Shown here one piece after another: positions 9,472 to 18,571 of a stretch of 64,000 nt of DNA. Position 1 is the stretch's first letter. Each line of letters starts with the position of its first letter. The translations under genes and the position numbers were made by a program. The notes under the pieces were generated by a model, which made no database searches, was not told the DNA's origin, and saw only the letters and a program-made list of their open reading frames with translations. This DNA comes from Thermoplasmata archaeon (GTDB taxonomy: Archaea > Thermoplasmatota > E2 > JACPAO01 > JAHFTW01). The stretch lies in contig JAXDQS010000004.1 of NCBI GenBank assembly GCA_034667725.1, positions 43,878 through 107,877 of the forward strand, read 5' to 3'.

Positions 9472-10187
9472 CCTTGGCTATCGACGTCCGGGACGTGTGC
9501 GTCAACCTCGCCGGCCGCGAAATCCTGCACGACGTCAACCTCCAGGTGCCGGCCGGCCAGCTGGTCGGCGTCCTGGGCCCGAACGGCGGCGGCAAGACCA
9601 CGCTCCTGCGCGTCCTGGTGGGCTTGCAGGCCACGGACTGCGGCGAGGTCCGCATCCTAGGTGAGACACCGCGGGGCGCGCGCGGCCGCGTCGCCTACGT
9701 TCCGCAGAACGTGGCGCACGTCGAGGCGCGGTTCCCGGCCAACGTCCACGAGGTCGTCATGATGGCGCGCACCGGCAAGCGCGGCCTTTTGGCCCGCCCG
9801 GACGCGGCCGACCGCCAGGCCGTCGAGCAGGCCTTGGCGGAGGTGGGCGCGTGGGAGCTGCGCGACCGCGCCATCGGCCGCTTGTCCGGCGGCCAGCGCC
9901 AACGCGTGTTCCTGGCCCGCGCGCTTGCGCAGGAGCCGGAGCTGCTGCTCTTGGACGAGCCCTTGACCGGCGTGGACCGGGACGCGCGCGCCGACTTCCT
10001 GGGGATGCTGCGCCACCTGCACCGCGACCACCGCCTGACCGTGCTGATGGTGAGCCACGACGCCTCCGGGATGCGCCTGCTGGCCGACCGGTTCGTCGCC
10101 ATCGAGACCCGCAAGGTGTTCGACGGCCCGCCCGCCGCCTTCGAGGAGGCCGGCCACATCACCGAGCACCGGGGGCCGCACGCATGA
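9468..10187 (+). CDS. Metal ABC transporter ATPase (ZnuC-like)
   Basis: GPNGGGKTT, LSGGQRQR, LLLDEP, VSHD; TTG start overlaps the upstream TGA. Confidence 0.9.
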   Translation: MTLAIDVRDVCVNLAGREILHDVNLQVPAGQLVGVLGPNGGGKTTLLRVLVGLQATDCGEVRILGETPRGARGRVAYVPQNVAHVEARFPANVHEVVMMARTGKRGLLARPDAADRQAVEQALAEVGAWELRDRAIGRLSGGQRQRVFLARALAQEPELLLLDEPLTGVDRDARADFLGMLRHLHRDHRLTVLMVSHDASGMRLLADRFVAIETRKVFDGPPAAFEEAGHITEHRGPHA

Positions 10188-10984
10188 CGTTCGAGCTGTT
10201 CCTGCAGGACCCTTACTTCCAGCGCATCCTGCTGACGGCCTTGGTGGTGGCCGCGACCGCCGCAGCGCTCGGCATCCACTTGGTGCTGCGCGGCCTCAGC
10301 CTGTTCGGGGACGGCGTGGCGCACATCTCGTTCGCGGGGGTCGCCTTGGGCTTCGCGCTGGGCGTGCTGCCGTTGGCCAGCGCCATGGTGCTGAGCTGCG
10401 TCGGGGCGCTCGCGATCCAGGAGCTGCGGCGCCGGCAGCTGACGAAGGGCGACACCGCCATCGGCGTCATCTTCACCGCCAGCCTGGCGCTCGGCGTCGT
10501 GCTGCTGTCGCTGGGCGCCGGCCCGGGCGTCAGCCTAGACTCCTACCTGTTCGGCAACCTGCTGCTGGTGGGGGAGCAGGACTTCTGGATCGTGGTGGCC
10601 GTCGCCGTCGTGGTGCTGGCGACCTTGGCGCTGCTGCATCGGGCGCTGTTCGCCTTGACCTTCGACGCCCAGGGGGCCGAGGTGCAGGGCCTGCCGGCGC
10701 GCGGCCTGGAGACGGTCCTGACCCTGCTGACGGCGGCCGCCATCGTGGTGGCCAGCCGGGTCGTGGGCGTGCTGCTGGTGTCGAGCCTGCTGGTGGTGCC
10801 GGCGGCCGCCGCGCTGCAATGGGCGCGGGGGTTCCGTCAGGCGATGGCGATCGCCATGGCGCTGGCGGTCGCGGTGACGGTCCTCGGCTTGGCGGTCTCG
10901 GCGGAGTTCGCGCTGCCGAGCGGGGCCACCATCGCGCTGGTCAGCAGCGCCTCGTTCGTGGTCGCGCTGGCGACCCGGCGCTGA
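10184..10984 (+). CDS. Metal ABC transporter permease (ZnuB-like)
   Basis: GDGVAHISFAGVA, YLFGN, VGVLLVSSLLVVPA; ATGA overlap. Confidence 0.9.
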   Translation: MTFELFLQDPYFQRILLTALVVAATAAALGIHLVLRGLSLFGDGVAHISFAGVALGFALGVLPLASAMVLSCVGALAIQELRRRQLTKGDTAIGVIFTASLALGVVLLSLGAGPGVSLDSYLFGNLLLVGEQDFWIVVAVAVVVLATLALLHRALFALTFDAQGAEVQGLPARGLETVLTLLTAAAIVVASRVVGVLLVSSLLVVPAAAALQWARGFRQAMAIAMALAVAVTVLGLAVSAEFALPSGATIALVSSASFVVALATRR

Positions 10985-11023
10985 AAGGCAAGCCTCAAAG
11001 CCGCATCCCATGAATGGCCCTTC

Positions 11024-11353
11024 ATGGAAAGCGCCGCGCTGCTCCGGATGATCAGCGAGGGCACCCGCCACTCCCTGTTGCAGGAGCTTCGGTCGGGCGA
11101 GCGCACCGTGTCCGAGCTGGTGTCGTCGCTGGGCGGCGAGCAGAGCAACCTCAGCCACCACCTCGCGGTCTTGCGTGACGCAGGGCTGGTGGCGTGCCGG
11201 CGGGAGGGGCGCAACCAGCGCTACCGGCTGGCGGACGTGGAGGTGGCGCGGCTGCTGGAGCAGGTGGAGCAGTTGGCGGCGCGGCTCGACCAGGTGGCCT
11301 ACAGCGTTTCCCTGGGGCTCCCGGCTGGCCAGGCGTTCCATGGCTATGGGTGA
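11024..11353 (+). CDS. ArsR/SmtB-family transcriptional regulator
   Basis: TVSELV...QSNLSHHLAVLRDAGLV...EGR..YRL. Confidence 0.88.
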   Translation: MESAALLRMISEGTRHSLLQELRSGERTVSELVSSLGGEQSNLSHHLAVLRDAGLVACRREGRNQRYRLADVEVARLLEQVEQLAARLDQVAYSVSLGLPAGQAFHGYG

Positions 11354-11362
11354 AGCCCGCTC

Positions 11363-11386
11363 CTATCAATATTCTATATAGACTAC
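11363..11386 (+). promoter_or_regulatory. AT-rich TATA/operator region upstream of the PhoU regulator
   Basis: CTATCAATATTCTATATAG island in GC-rich DNA; CTAT repeated at 11-bp spacing. Confidence 0.5.
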
Positions 11387-11425
11387 AGCCGCATCCGACT
11401 TCCTGTGCCCGCCCGCTCCCCCAAC

Positions 11426-12433
11426 ATGGAACTGAGGAAGCTGCAGGTCACCGGCGGCTCCACGCACGTCGTCAGCCTCCCCAAGAAGTGGATCGACCGC
11501 AACCGGCTCGGCCGCAGCGACACCGTCGCCATCCACGAGGAGCCCGACGGCTCGCTCCTCTTGATTCCCCACAGCGAGGCCAAGGCCGAGACCCGCAGCC
11601 TCACCGTGGACCTGCCCGACGGCGTCCAGGCCGAGGAGGTCGTCCGCCGCCTGGTGGGCGCCTACCTCGCCGGCGCCGACGAGATCCAGGTCCGCATGGC
11701 CAGCCGCATGGACCCGAAAATCCGCCAAGTGGTCCGCGACACCAGCCGCAGCCTGGTCGGCGTCGAAGTCCTGGAGGAAGGCGCCCAGACCATGGTGCTG
11801 CAGGACCTCGTCGGGGTCGCCGACATGGACCTCCGCAAGACCCTCACCCGGATGCAGCGCATCGCCCGCCTGATGTACGACGACGCCCTCAAGGCCTTCG
11901 AGGCCCGCGACATCGCGCTGGCCGGCGACGTCCGGCGCCGCGACGACGAGCTGGACCGCCTGCTGTGGATGGTCTCCAAGCAGATGCACGCCCTCCTGGA
12001 GCAGCCGCGCATCGCCGCCCGCCTCAACGTCCGCCCCGCCGAGGCACTGAACCTGTTCCTCGCCGCCCGCTCCCTGGAGCGCATGGGCGACCACGCCGCC
12101 AAGGTATGCGCCAACATCGGCGCCCTCGAAGGCCAGAAAGTCACCCCCGCCGTCATGGCCGCGTTCACCCAGCACGCCCAGCACGTCCGCACCATTTGGG
12201 ACGACGCCTTCAGCTCCCTCAAGCGCCCCGACTTCGTGCAAGCCTCCCGGGCCGCCGACGCCGGCGAGGCCGCCGGCACCTGGCGCGGCGAGGTCTCCAC
12301 CCTCATCAAGGGGCTCGCCCCCGAGGCCGTCGCCCCCCTGACCTTGATCGCGGACTCCTTGGACCGCACCCGCGGCTACGCCATCGACCTGGCGGAGACC
12401 GCGATGAACCAGACCTATCAGCAGATGGTGTGA
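11426..12433 (+). CDS. Archaeal phosphate-uptake regulator (AbrB N-terminus + PhoU repeats)
   Basis: RKLQVTGGSTHVVSLPKKW; DDELDR; LERMGDHA. Confidence 0.88.
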   Translation: MELRKLQVTGGSTHVVSLPKKWIDRNRLGRSDTVAIHEEPDGSLLLIPHSEAKAETRSLTVDLPDGVQAEEVVRRLVGAYLAGADEIQVRMASRMDPKIRQVVRDTSRSLVGVEVLEEGAQTMVLQDLVGVADMDLRKTLTRMQRIARLMYDDALKAFEARDIALAGDVRRRDDELDRLLWMVSKQMHALLEQPRIAARLNVRPAEALNLFLAARSLERMGDHAAKVCANIGALEGQKVTPAVMAAFTQHAQHVRTIWDDAFSSLKRPDFVQASRAADAGEAAGTWRGEVSTLIKGLAPEAVAPLTLIADSLDRTRGYAIDLAETAMNQTYQQMV

Positions 12434-12465
12434 GGAAACCCTCGGGCGCAGCGAGGAGGGTTTCC
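12434..12465. terminator. Hairpin immediately after the stop codon
   Basis: GGAAACCCTC...GAGGGTTTCC perfect 10-bp stem. Confidence 0.45.
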
Positions 12466-12570
12466 GAGACGGTTGAGGCCCACGCCGCACCGGCGCGCGT
12501 GGGACGCCTCAACCTGTAGCCCCGGTCCCAGGACCGAACGTTTTTCCGAAGGCCACCCTGGGCGCATCCC

Positions 12571-13170
12571 GTGGTCCGGACCACCATCTCGGAGGCCGTC
12601 TGCCCGGCGTGCAACGGCCAAGGCCTGGAATACACCGCCGAGCAGGTGGACCTGCCCTACATGGGGAACTCGCTCGAGACGCTGCTGCGCTGCGAGGCCT
12701 GCGGCTACCGGCACGCCGACTTCGTCCTCACCGAGCACCGCGAGCCGACCCGCTACATCTACGACGTGCGGCGCGCCGAGGACATGTCGGTGCGCGTCGT
12801 GCGCAGCGGCTCCGGCACCATCCGCATCCCGGAACTGGGCATCAGCATCGAGCCCGGTGTTGCCTCGGAGGCGTTCGTGTCGAACATCGAGGGCATCCTG
12901 GTGCGGGTCGAGCGCGTGCTGGACCAGCTCGGCCGCGACGCCGAGGAGGAGTCCATGCGCACCCGCGTCATGGACTTGCAGGACACCTTGGGCGCGCTGC
13001 GCGTCGGCACCGGACCCCCCGTCACGGTCATCCTGGAGGACCCGTTCGGCAACTCCGCCATCCTCGGGGAGGGCGCCCGCCACGAGCGCATCCCCCCCGA
13101 GGAGGCCGACCAGTTGAAGGTCGGGATGCTGGTCTACGACCCGGACGGCAAGCTCATCCGGGACGAGTAG
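12571..13170 (+). CDS. ZPR1 zinc-finger domain protein
   Basis: CPAC...CEACGYRH; IRIPELG..IEPG; SNIEG; LEDPFGNS. Confidence 0.92.
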   Translation: MVRTTISEAVCPACNGQGLEYTAEQVDLPYMGNSLETLLRCEACGYRHADFVLTEHREPTRYIYDVRRAEDMSVRVVRSGSGTIRIPELGISIEPGVASEAFVSNIEGILVRVERVLDQLGRDAEEESMRTRVMDLQDTLGALRVGTGPPVTVILEDPFGNSAILGEGARHERIPPEEADQLKVGMLVYDPDGKLIRDE

Positions 13171-13175
13171 CCCGG

Positions 13176-14132
13176 TCAGGTGGACTTCAGCACGCCGAGC
13201 GTCGGCTCGTAGACCAAGCCCTTGTCCATGAGGCGGTTGAGCGCCTCCTCGACCGACTCGGGCGTGATGCCGCCGGTGGACGCCGCGGCCAGGATGTCGT
13301 CCCAGCGCGCGCCCTTCTGCCCTTCGAGCTTCTGGACCGACGCGAACACCGCGTTGTCCAGCGCCTCCTCGGCGGCCCCCTTCTGGGGGTCCGCCTTCGG
13401 GGCGGGCGTGGGCGGCTTCCAGGCGGGCGTCGGCTCGGGCTCGGCGTCGTCCATGCGCGGCGGCGCCTGCTCGGCGCGGGCCTCGACGCGGTGGACGGGC
13501 ACGGAGCCGCCGCGCAGGTGCTCCAGCGCGGTGCGGACGGCGATGCCGTAGCGGCCGTCGTCGGCCAGGCCGTAGTGCTGCTGCGCGAGCGCCGCGCCCT
13601 CGGCAAGCGGGCGCGGGATGCCCTGCGCCGCAAGCGCGTCGGGGGTCGCGCCGCCGCGGGCCGCCTTGAACGCCTGCAGGCGCTCCTGGGTGCGGCGGGC
13701 GGTGTCGAGGATCCACTGGTCGCGGGTCTGCTCGTCGACGACGGCGATGGTCTCGGGGCGGATCGACACGAACACCGAGCCGGGCTCGGGCTCGTAGGTG
13801 CGCGCCTTGCCGGTGATGGCGACGAACTGCGGCGGCTGGAGCTGCGAGATGGCCTGCGCCGCCTCGGGCTGGTAGTTGCCGGCGTACACGGTGAAGACGC
13901 CGGTGGGGTCGCTGACGCGGGCACGCCAGACCTCGCCGGACTCGCCGACGGGCTCGACGTCGGTGCAGACGCCGACGACGTGGATGCGGTTCACCTTGGC
14001 GCCGAGCGGGGTCACGAGGAAGCTCGGGTCCTTCTCGCCGGCGCCGGGGATCTGGACGCGGCTGGCGTTGAACTCCTGGGCGAAGGCGCGGTGGGCGACC
14101 TCGCGCTGGATGCGGCGGGGGGCTTCGTCCAT
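13176..14132 (-). CDS. RPA-associated protein / RPA32-like (OB fold + C-terminal winged helix)
   Basis: REVAHRAFAQEF, TPLGAKVNRI, DPTGVF.VYAG.YQP, GLVYEP; coupled to RPA. Confidence 0.85.
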   Translation of the reverse strand: MDEAPRRIQREVAHRAFAQEFNASRVQIPGAGEKDPSFLVTPLGAKVNRIHVVGVCTDVEPVGESGEVWRARVSDPTGVFTVYAGNYQPEAAQAISQLQPPQFVAITGKARTYEPEPGSVFVSIRPETIAVVDEQTRDQWILDTARRTQERLQAFKAARGGATPDALAAQGIPRPLAEGAALAQQHYGLADDGRYGIAVRTALEHLRGGSVPVHRVEARAEQAPPRMDDAEPEPTPAWKPPTPAPKADPQKGAAEEALDNAVFASVQKLEGQKGARWDDILAAASTGGITPESVEEALNRLMDKGLVYEPTLGVLKST

Positions 14133-15451
14133 CAGGCCACCTCCAGCAGGGCGGCGGCCGCGGCCTTGGCGTCCTCGGCGTGGCGGGCCATCGACTGGAC
14201 GATGTAGGTGACGCCGTACTCGTCGCTCAGGGCGTTGCCGCGCACCGCGAACACGCGGCCGGTGAGCTTGGCCTTGAGCACCTCGAAGGCGAGGTCAGGG
14301 CGCAGCGTCTCCTTCTGGACCTCCTCCAGCGTCTTGCCCAAGAGCTGCTCGGTGACGGCGCGGCCGGCCACCAGGTTGACGGCGCCGGTGCCGTCGTCCA
14401 GGATGGCCTTGAGGCGGACGTCGGGGACGCCCGCGACCTGGTTGTGGATGCGGCACATGCCGGCGGCCAGGACGCGGGTGCAGCCGGCGGTGGAGCAGCG
14501 CTGGACGAGGCCGGAGCCGGGCCGGACCTCCAGGAGCGTGCCGACGACGTGCAGGTCGGAGCCGCCGTTGCGGGCCAGGACCTCGCGGATCGGCAGGGTG
14601 GGGCGCTTGGCCAGGAGCTCGGCCGGCGGCACCTCGGTGGCGGCGGGGCTGATGCGGGCGTCCGTGTCGAAGTTGAGCTGGGCGACCCCGCGGTAGGCGC
14701 GGATGTAGCCGCCCTCGATGGTGACGGCCTGGCCGGCAGCAAGGCCCGGGTCGGCCCAGGCGGTGAACTCGATGCGGCCGGAGGCGTCGGCGAGGGCGCC
14801 GCTCCAGACCGTCTTCTGGGTGCCTTGGACGGTGAGCTGGCGCGGCTGGATGTCGAGGATGCGGGCGGTGACGCGGATGCCGCGGACGCCGTCCTTCAGG
14901 TCGGCGATGGGCATGTCGCGGAACGTGACCGGCGTCTGGGGGAGGTCGGCCTCGTCGAGCTTGGCGACCTTGGTGCGGTCGCCGAAGTTGACCTGGACCT
15001 GGCCGTTGAACGCCTTGGTGTAGGCGCCCTCGACCTGGAGCACGTCGCCCTTCTGGAGGCCTTCGAGCGGGCGCCAGGAGGTGTAGGGGGCGGTGCCGGT
15101 CTCGTCGCCCAGGAGGCCCCAGACGATGTCCTTGGTCTCGCCGCGGGCGGTGACCGCCTTGGTGCTGACCGACAGGAGGCGGACCTTCAGGTTCACGAAG
15201 GGGCTGGCGGGCGGCAGGCTGGCAAGCGGGACGCGCTCCTGCGACACGGGGGCGGCGGCGCGGGCGGCGGCGGGCTGGACGCCGTGGTGCCGCTCGATGG
15301 TGCGGACGGCCTGGTCGATCGGGACGCCGTACTCCAGGTACTTGGCCAGCTCGTCGCGCAGGTCCTGCTCGTCCACCTCGGCGCCGAGCTTCGTTCCGAG
15401 GGTCTTCTTGAGCGCCGCCAAGTAGGGCGCCAGGTCTGGGGTGGTTTGCAT
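14132..15451 (-). CDS. Replication protein A (multi-OB-fold ssDNA-binding protein with Zn finger)
   Basis: Repeated GDETG / DASG / DDGTG OB motifs; C-x4-C...CRIH Zn finger. Confidence 0.88.
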   Translation of the reverse strand: MQTTPDLAPYLAALKKTLGTKLGAEVDEQDLRDELAKYLEYGVPIDQAVRTIERHHGVQPAAARAAAPVSQERVPLASLPPASPFVNLKVRLLSVSTKAVTARGETKDIVWGLLGDETGTAPYTSWRPLEGLQKGDVLQVEGAYTKAFNGQVQVNFGDRTKVAKLDEADLPQTPVTFRDMPIADLKDGVRGIRVTARILDIQPRQLTVQGTQKTVWSGALADASGRIEFTAWADPGLAAGQAVTIEGGYIRAYRGVAQLNFDTDARISPAATEVPPAELLAKRPTLPIREVLARNGGSDLHVVGTLLEVRPGSGLVQRCSTAGCTRVLAAGMCRIHNQVAGVPDVRLKAILDDGTGAVNLVAGRAVTEQLLGKTLEEVQKETLRPDLAFEVLKAKLTGRVFAVRGNALSDEYGVTYIVQSMARHAEDAKAAAAALLEVA

Positions 15452-15622
15452 GGTTCTGCCTCAAAGCGGCCGGTGGTTGGCGTGGCCGCGGTCGGTGGAT
15501 GCGAAGGCCTGGCTTGGTTGGCGGCGTCCAAGCCTGCGCGTGTCCAATTCACTCCATGGGGTCTTCCGGTATGAAGCCCCCGCTGGCAGGGCGAGTGAAA
15601 CCGTTGGAGCCGGTGGAGCGGC

Positions 15623-16132
15623 CTAGCGGCTGCGCCGCAGGGCAAGGGCCGCGACGGCCAGGCCCGCCACCAGGAGGGGCAGGGCCACGCCGGGGGCCCG
15701 GCCCTTCGACGACGAGGACAAGGTGTCGTCGTCCAGGCCGGCCTCGTGGTCGACCGTGTCGCCTTGCAGCACGCGGAACACCATCGTGTCGCCCGAGGGG
15801 CTGTCGCGCACCAGGTGGTCGCCGACGTGCGCGGCCATGAGCTGGAACGGCTGCGAGGCCTTGTCCTCGCCGGAGGCGACGGTGATGCTCACCCCGAAGT
15901 CGGCCAGCGTCACGGTGTGCGAGCGCTCGTCGAGCGGGTTGGAGACCGAGACCACGTACCAGTCGCCGACGGTGGCGTTGACGTCGCGCCCGTCCACGAA
16001 GCCCGCCTCGTCCACGAAGGCCGGGATGGAGCACGGGTGGGCGGACTCGCAGCCGTCGTCCTGGGCGGCGGCGGGCAGGGCAAGCACGGCGAAGACGAAA
16101 ACCGAAGCGAGGACGGGAAGCTGGACGCGCAT
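15623..16132 (-). CDS. Secreted protein with C-terminal PGF-CTERM-like anchor
   Basis: Signal peptide; ends APG + hydrophobic helix + RRSR. Confidence 0.7.
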   Translation of the reverse strand: MRVQLPVLASVFVFAVLALPAAAQDDGCESAHPCSIPAFVDEAGFVDGRDVNATVGDWYVVSVSNPLDERSHTVTLADFGVSITVASGEDKASQPFQLMAAHVGDHLVRDSPSGDTMVFRVLQGDTVDHEAGLDDDTLSSSSKGRAPGVALPLLVAGLAVAALALRRSR

Positions 16133-16175
16133 GGGGTCACCGGGAACCAGGGGAGGAAGGGAAAGAGGTCACGGT

Positions 16176-16961
16176 CTAGCGCGGCGGGCGCCCGCCCGAC
16201 GGCCGGCCTGTCTCGGAGGGACGGCCGCCGTGGTCGGGGCGGCCCTCGGGGTGGTCCGGCGCGGGGCGCACCGGCTCCTCCGCGTAGTGCGCCTCGATGC
16301 GGGCAACATGGGCCGTCATCTCGTCGAGATGGGCCAGGATGCGGGCCTCGAGCGACTCCAGCCGGTCGAGCTGGGCCTCCAGGCGAGCCAGGCGCTCGGC
16401 GCTGGTGCCGTTGGCCTCCATCTGGGCCGTGAGGTCCGCGACGCGGGCGTCGATGCGCTCCAGCAGCATGACCATGCTCTCCATCATGCGGACCTCGGCG
16501 TGGACGCGGCGGGCCGCGCGCATGTCGGGCGCGTGCGGGTCGCCGGGCCCGTGGCGGCAGCCCTCGCCCAGCCGGAGGCCGGGGCGGTGGGTACCGTTGC
16601 CGGTGCCGTTGGCGGGCGCGGCGGCCGGGCGGTGCGGGCACGGCGGCGGCGGGCAGGGCATCGGGCGGCCGACGGGGGCGTGGGTCCGGTTGCCGGTGGG
16701 GTTGCCGGCCAGCGGGCGGCCGGGGTGGGGACCGCAGGGCAGCACGCAGGGCCGCACCGGGGGCACGCGGGTCGTCCTGTTGGCCGACCGCGGGGGCGGC
16801 GGCGGGCAGTGGTGGGGCGGCGGGCACGGGCGGGCCGTGGCGTTGTCCGAGGGGGACGGGCAGGCCGGGGACGGCGACGAGGCCTGGGCCCCGATGCTGG
16901 GCACAGCCGCGAAGGCGGCGCCGAGGACCAGGACGAGGGTCAGCACGAGGGTGGTGCGCAT
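16176..16961 (-). CDS. Secreted Pro/Cys-rich protein with coiled-coil C-terminus
   Basis: MRTTLVLTLVLVLGAAFAA signal; PCPPP repeats; many N-x-T sequons; heptad region. Confidence 0.65.
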   Translation of the reverse strand: MRTTLVLTLVLVLGAAFAAVPSIGAQASSPSPACPSPSDNATARPCPPPHHCPPPPPRSANRTTRVPPVRPCVLPCGPHPGRPLAGNPTGNRTHAPVGRPMPCPPPPCPHRPAAAPANGTGNGTHRPGLRLGEGCRHGPGDPHAPDMRAARRVHAEVRMMESMVMLLERIDARVADLTAQMEANGTSAERLARLEAQLDRLESLEARILAHLDEMTAHVARIEAHYAEEPVRPAPDHPEGRPDHGGRPSETGRPSGGRPPR

Positions 16962-17097
16962 GGAATGTCCTCCAGGACAGCACGCCAGGCAGCGCGGCGG
17001 TAGATAAAGCGCCCCGCACAAGCCTCGAACGTTCCCGAACAAAAGCGAAGGAAGGAGGGAGAAGGAGGGAGGAAAAGGATGGAGAGGGAGCCTGCGC

Positions 17098-17652
17098 CTA
17101 GGTGGAGGTCGCGGACTCGGTGGCCGAACTGGACGAGGCGGCGTCGCCGCGGGCCGCGCGGCGCTCCTCGACGTGGTCGCGGACCTCTTCCCACTTCGCC
17201 TTGAGCTTCTCCAGCTTCTCCTGGAGCTTGGCGATGCGCTCCTCGACGTGGGCGGCGCGGTCCTCGAGCTTCTCGATGCGGTCCTGAATCTTCTCGGCGG
17301 TCTCGTTGCCGGTGAAGTTGCCGGCGGCCAGCTTGGCCTCCAGGCGGTCGATGCGCTGCTCGATGCGCTCCAGGAGACGCTCATGGGCCTCGATGGCGCG
17401 CACAAGGGCGTGGGCCTCGCGACGCGCCTTGATGGCCTTCTTGGCCATCTCGCACCGCTTCTCCAACGTCGTGTTGTCGTCGGCGCCGGCGCACTTCTCG
17501 CGCGCCTTCTCGCGGGCCTCCAGGGCCTTCTCGCGGCGCTCGTCCGCGCGGTCGCCGCCCTTGCCGTCGCCAGGCTTCGCGTTCACGGTGGCCAGGCCGG
17601 CCGCGGCAAGCAGGGCGACCGCGGCGATGGCCAGGATGGGTTTGATGTTCAT
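17098..17652 (-). CDS. Secreted coiled-coil protein
   Basis: Signal peptide; E/K/R heptads; TTATAT box upstream near 17697-17702. Confidence 0.72.
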   Translation of the reverse strand: MNIKPILAIAAVALLAAAGLATVNAKPGDGKGGDRADERREKALEAREKAREKCAGADDNTTLEKRCEMAKKAIKARREAHALVRAIEAHERLLERIEQRIDRLEAKLAAGNFTGNETAEKIQDRIEKLEDRAAHVEERIAKLQEKLEKLKAKWEEVRDHVEERRAARGDAASSSSATESATST

Positions 17653-17746
17653 GCGGGGTGGTCCTCCAAGGACAGCCCCTGCTGGCCACTCAGAGAATAT
17701 AAGGCGCGCCGCACAAGCCTTGAACGATGACGCCCGAGGGCGGCCT

Positions 17747-18154
17747 TCAGGCCTTCTTCTGGTCCGTCAGGTTGGCGAAGTGGTCGCCGACGGGCTTGCT
17801 GCCGGCCTTGGCGACCTTCAGGTTGACCTGGACGATCTCGTTGGAGACGCGGTTGCCGCGCACCGACTGGCGCTTGCGCTTGCCAGGGTAGTCCGTCGGG
17901 TGGTAGCCGATGCCCTCGGTCAGCAGGAGGCGGCGGCGCACGGTGCCCTCGAAGTCGCCGCGCATGGGGAAGCCGGCCTTGTCGGAGCCGCCGGTGATCT
18001 GGAGCTTGTAGCCCGGCAGGTTGGCGTTGATGCCGTCCACCTGGTCGCCGATCTTCTTGCCGAGGAAGTTCTGGGCGTGGTGGCCGGTCACTTCGAAGTT
18101 GAAGGACTTGCCAGTGGCGGGGTCGTTGATGACGAGCTTGAAGGTCGTGGCCAT
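17747..18154 (-). CDS. rps6e: 30S ribosomal protein S6e
   Basis: FKLVINDP, GKKIGD, GYKLQITGGSDKAGFPMR, RKRQSVRGN, QVNLK; GGTGA SD upstream. Confidence 0.96.
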   Translation of the reverse strand: MATTFKLVINDPATGKSFNFEVTGHHAQNFLGKKIGDQVDGINANLPGYKLQITGGSDKAGFPMRGDFEGTVRRRLLLTEGIGYHPTDYPGKRKRQSVRGNRVSNEIVQVNLKVAKAGSKPVGDHFANLTDQKKA

Positions 18155-18239
18155 GGGGTTCACCTGTCCCGGGTATCCCGAGGCGTTGCGGCCTCAGTGC
18201 ACCATGGGGCGTCCGGGACAGGTTCGCGACAGGGGAGGC

Positions 18240-18247
18240 GTATAAAT
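18240..18247 (-). promoter_or_regulatory. TATA box of rps6e
   Basis: ATTTATAC on the minus strand upstream of the rps6e leader. Confidence 0.6.
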
Positions 18248-18272
18248 CCGTGATGGCGAGGGGCCGGCCACC

Positions 18273-18422
18273 CTACTCCTGGAACGACGTGCACGCGCAG
18301 CCCTTGACCTTGCAGGCGCCTTCGCCCCAGCGGCCACGTCGGCCGGGCCCGATGAAGTGGCCTTCCCGGCCTTGCCCCGTCTTGGGGTGGCCGCAGCCGG
18401 GACGCCGGCAATGCTCTGGCAC
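18273..18422 (-). CDS. 49-aa Cys/His-rich putative zinc-binding small protein (absent from ORF track)
   Basis: Hand translation from GTG: MPEHCRRPGCGHPKTGQGREGHFIGPGRRGRWGEGACKVKGCACTSFQE*. Confidence 0.65.
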   Translation of the reverse strand: MPEHCRRPGCGHPKTGQGREGHFIGPGRRGRWGEGACKVKGCACTSFQE

Positions 18423-18571
18423 CGGCCTTCGGCTCAACCCCGCCGGCAGAAAAGAGGGGAAAGGGGCCTTTCCTGTGAATCAGGTGCAGGCCGGGCCCCG
18501 CCGGCCCCGCCTGGCGATGCCAGCTTGGCGTGCGGGGGCCGGCGGCGGGCCGGAGGGAGGCCGCGGCGAGG

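Noticed and set aside
18490-18553. GC-rich hairpin as an ncRNA
   Set aside because: No recognisable family features; likely a 3' hairpin after the hemerythrin gene
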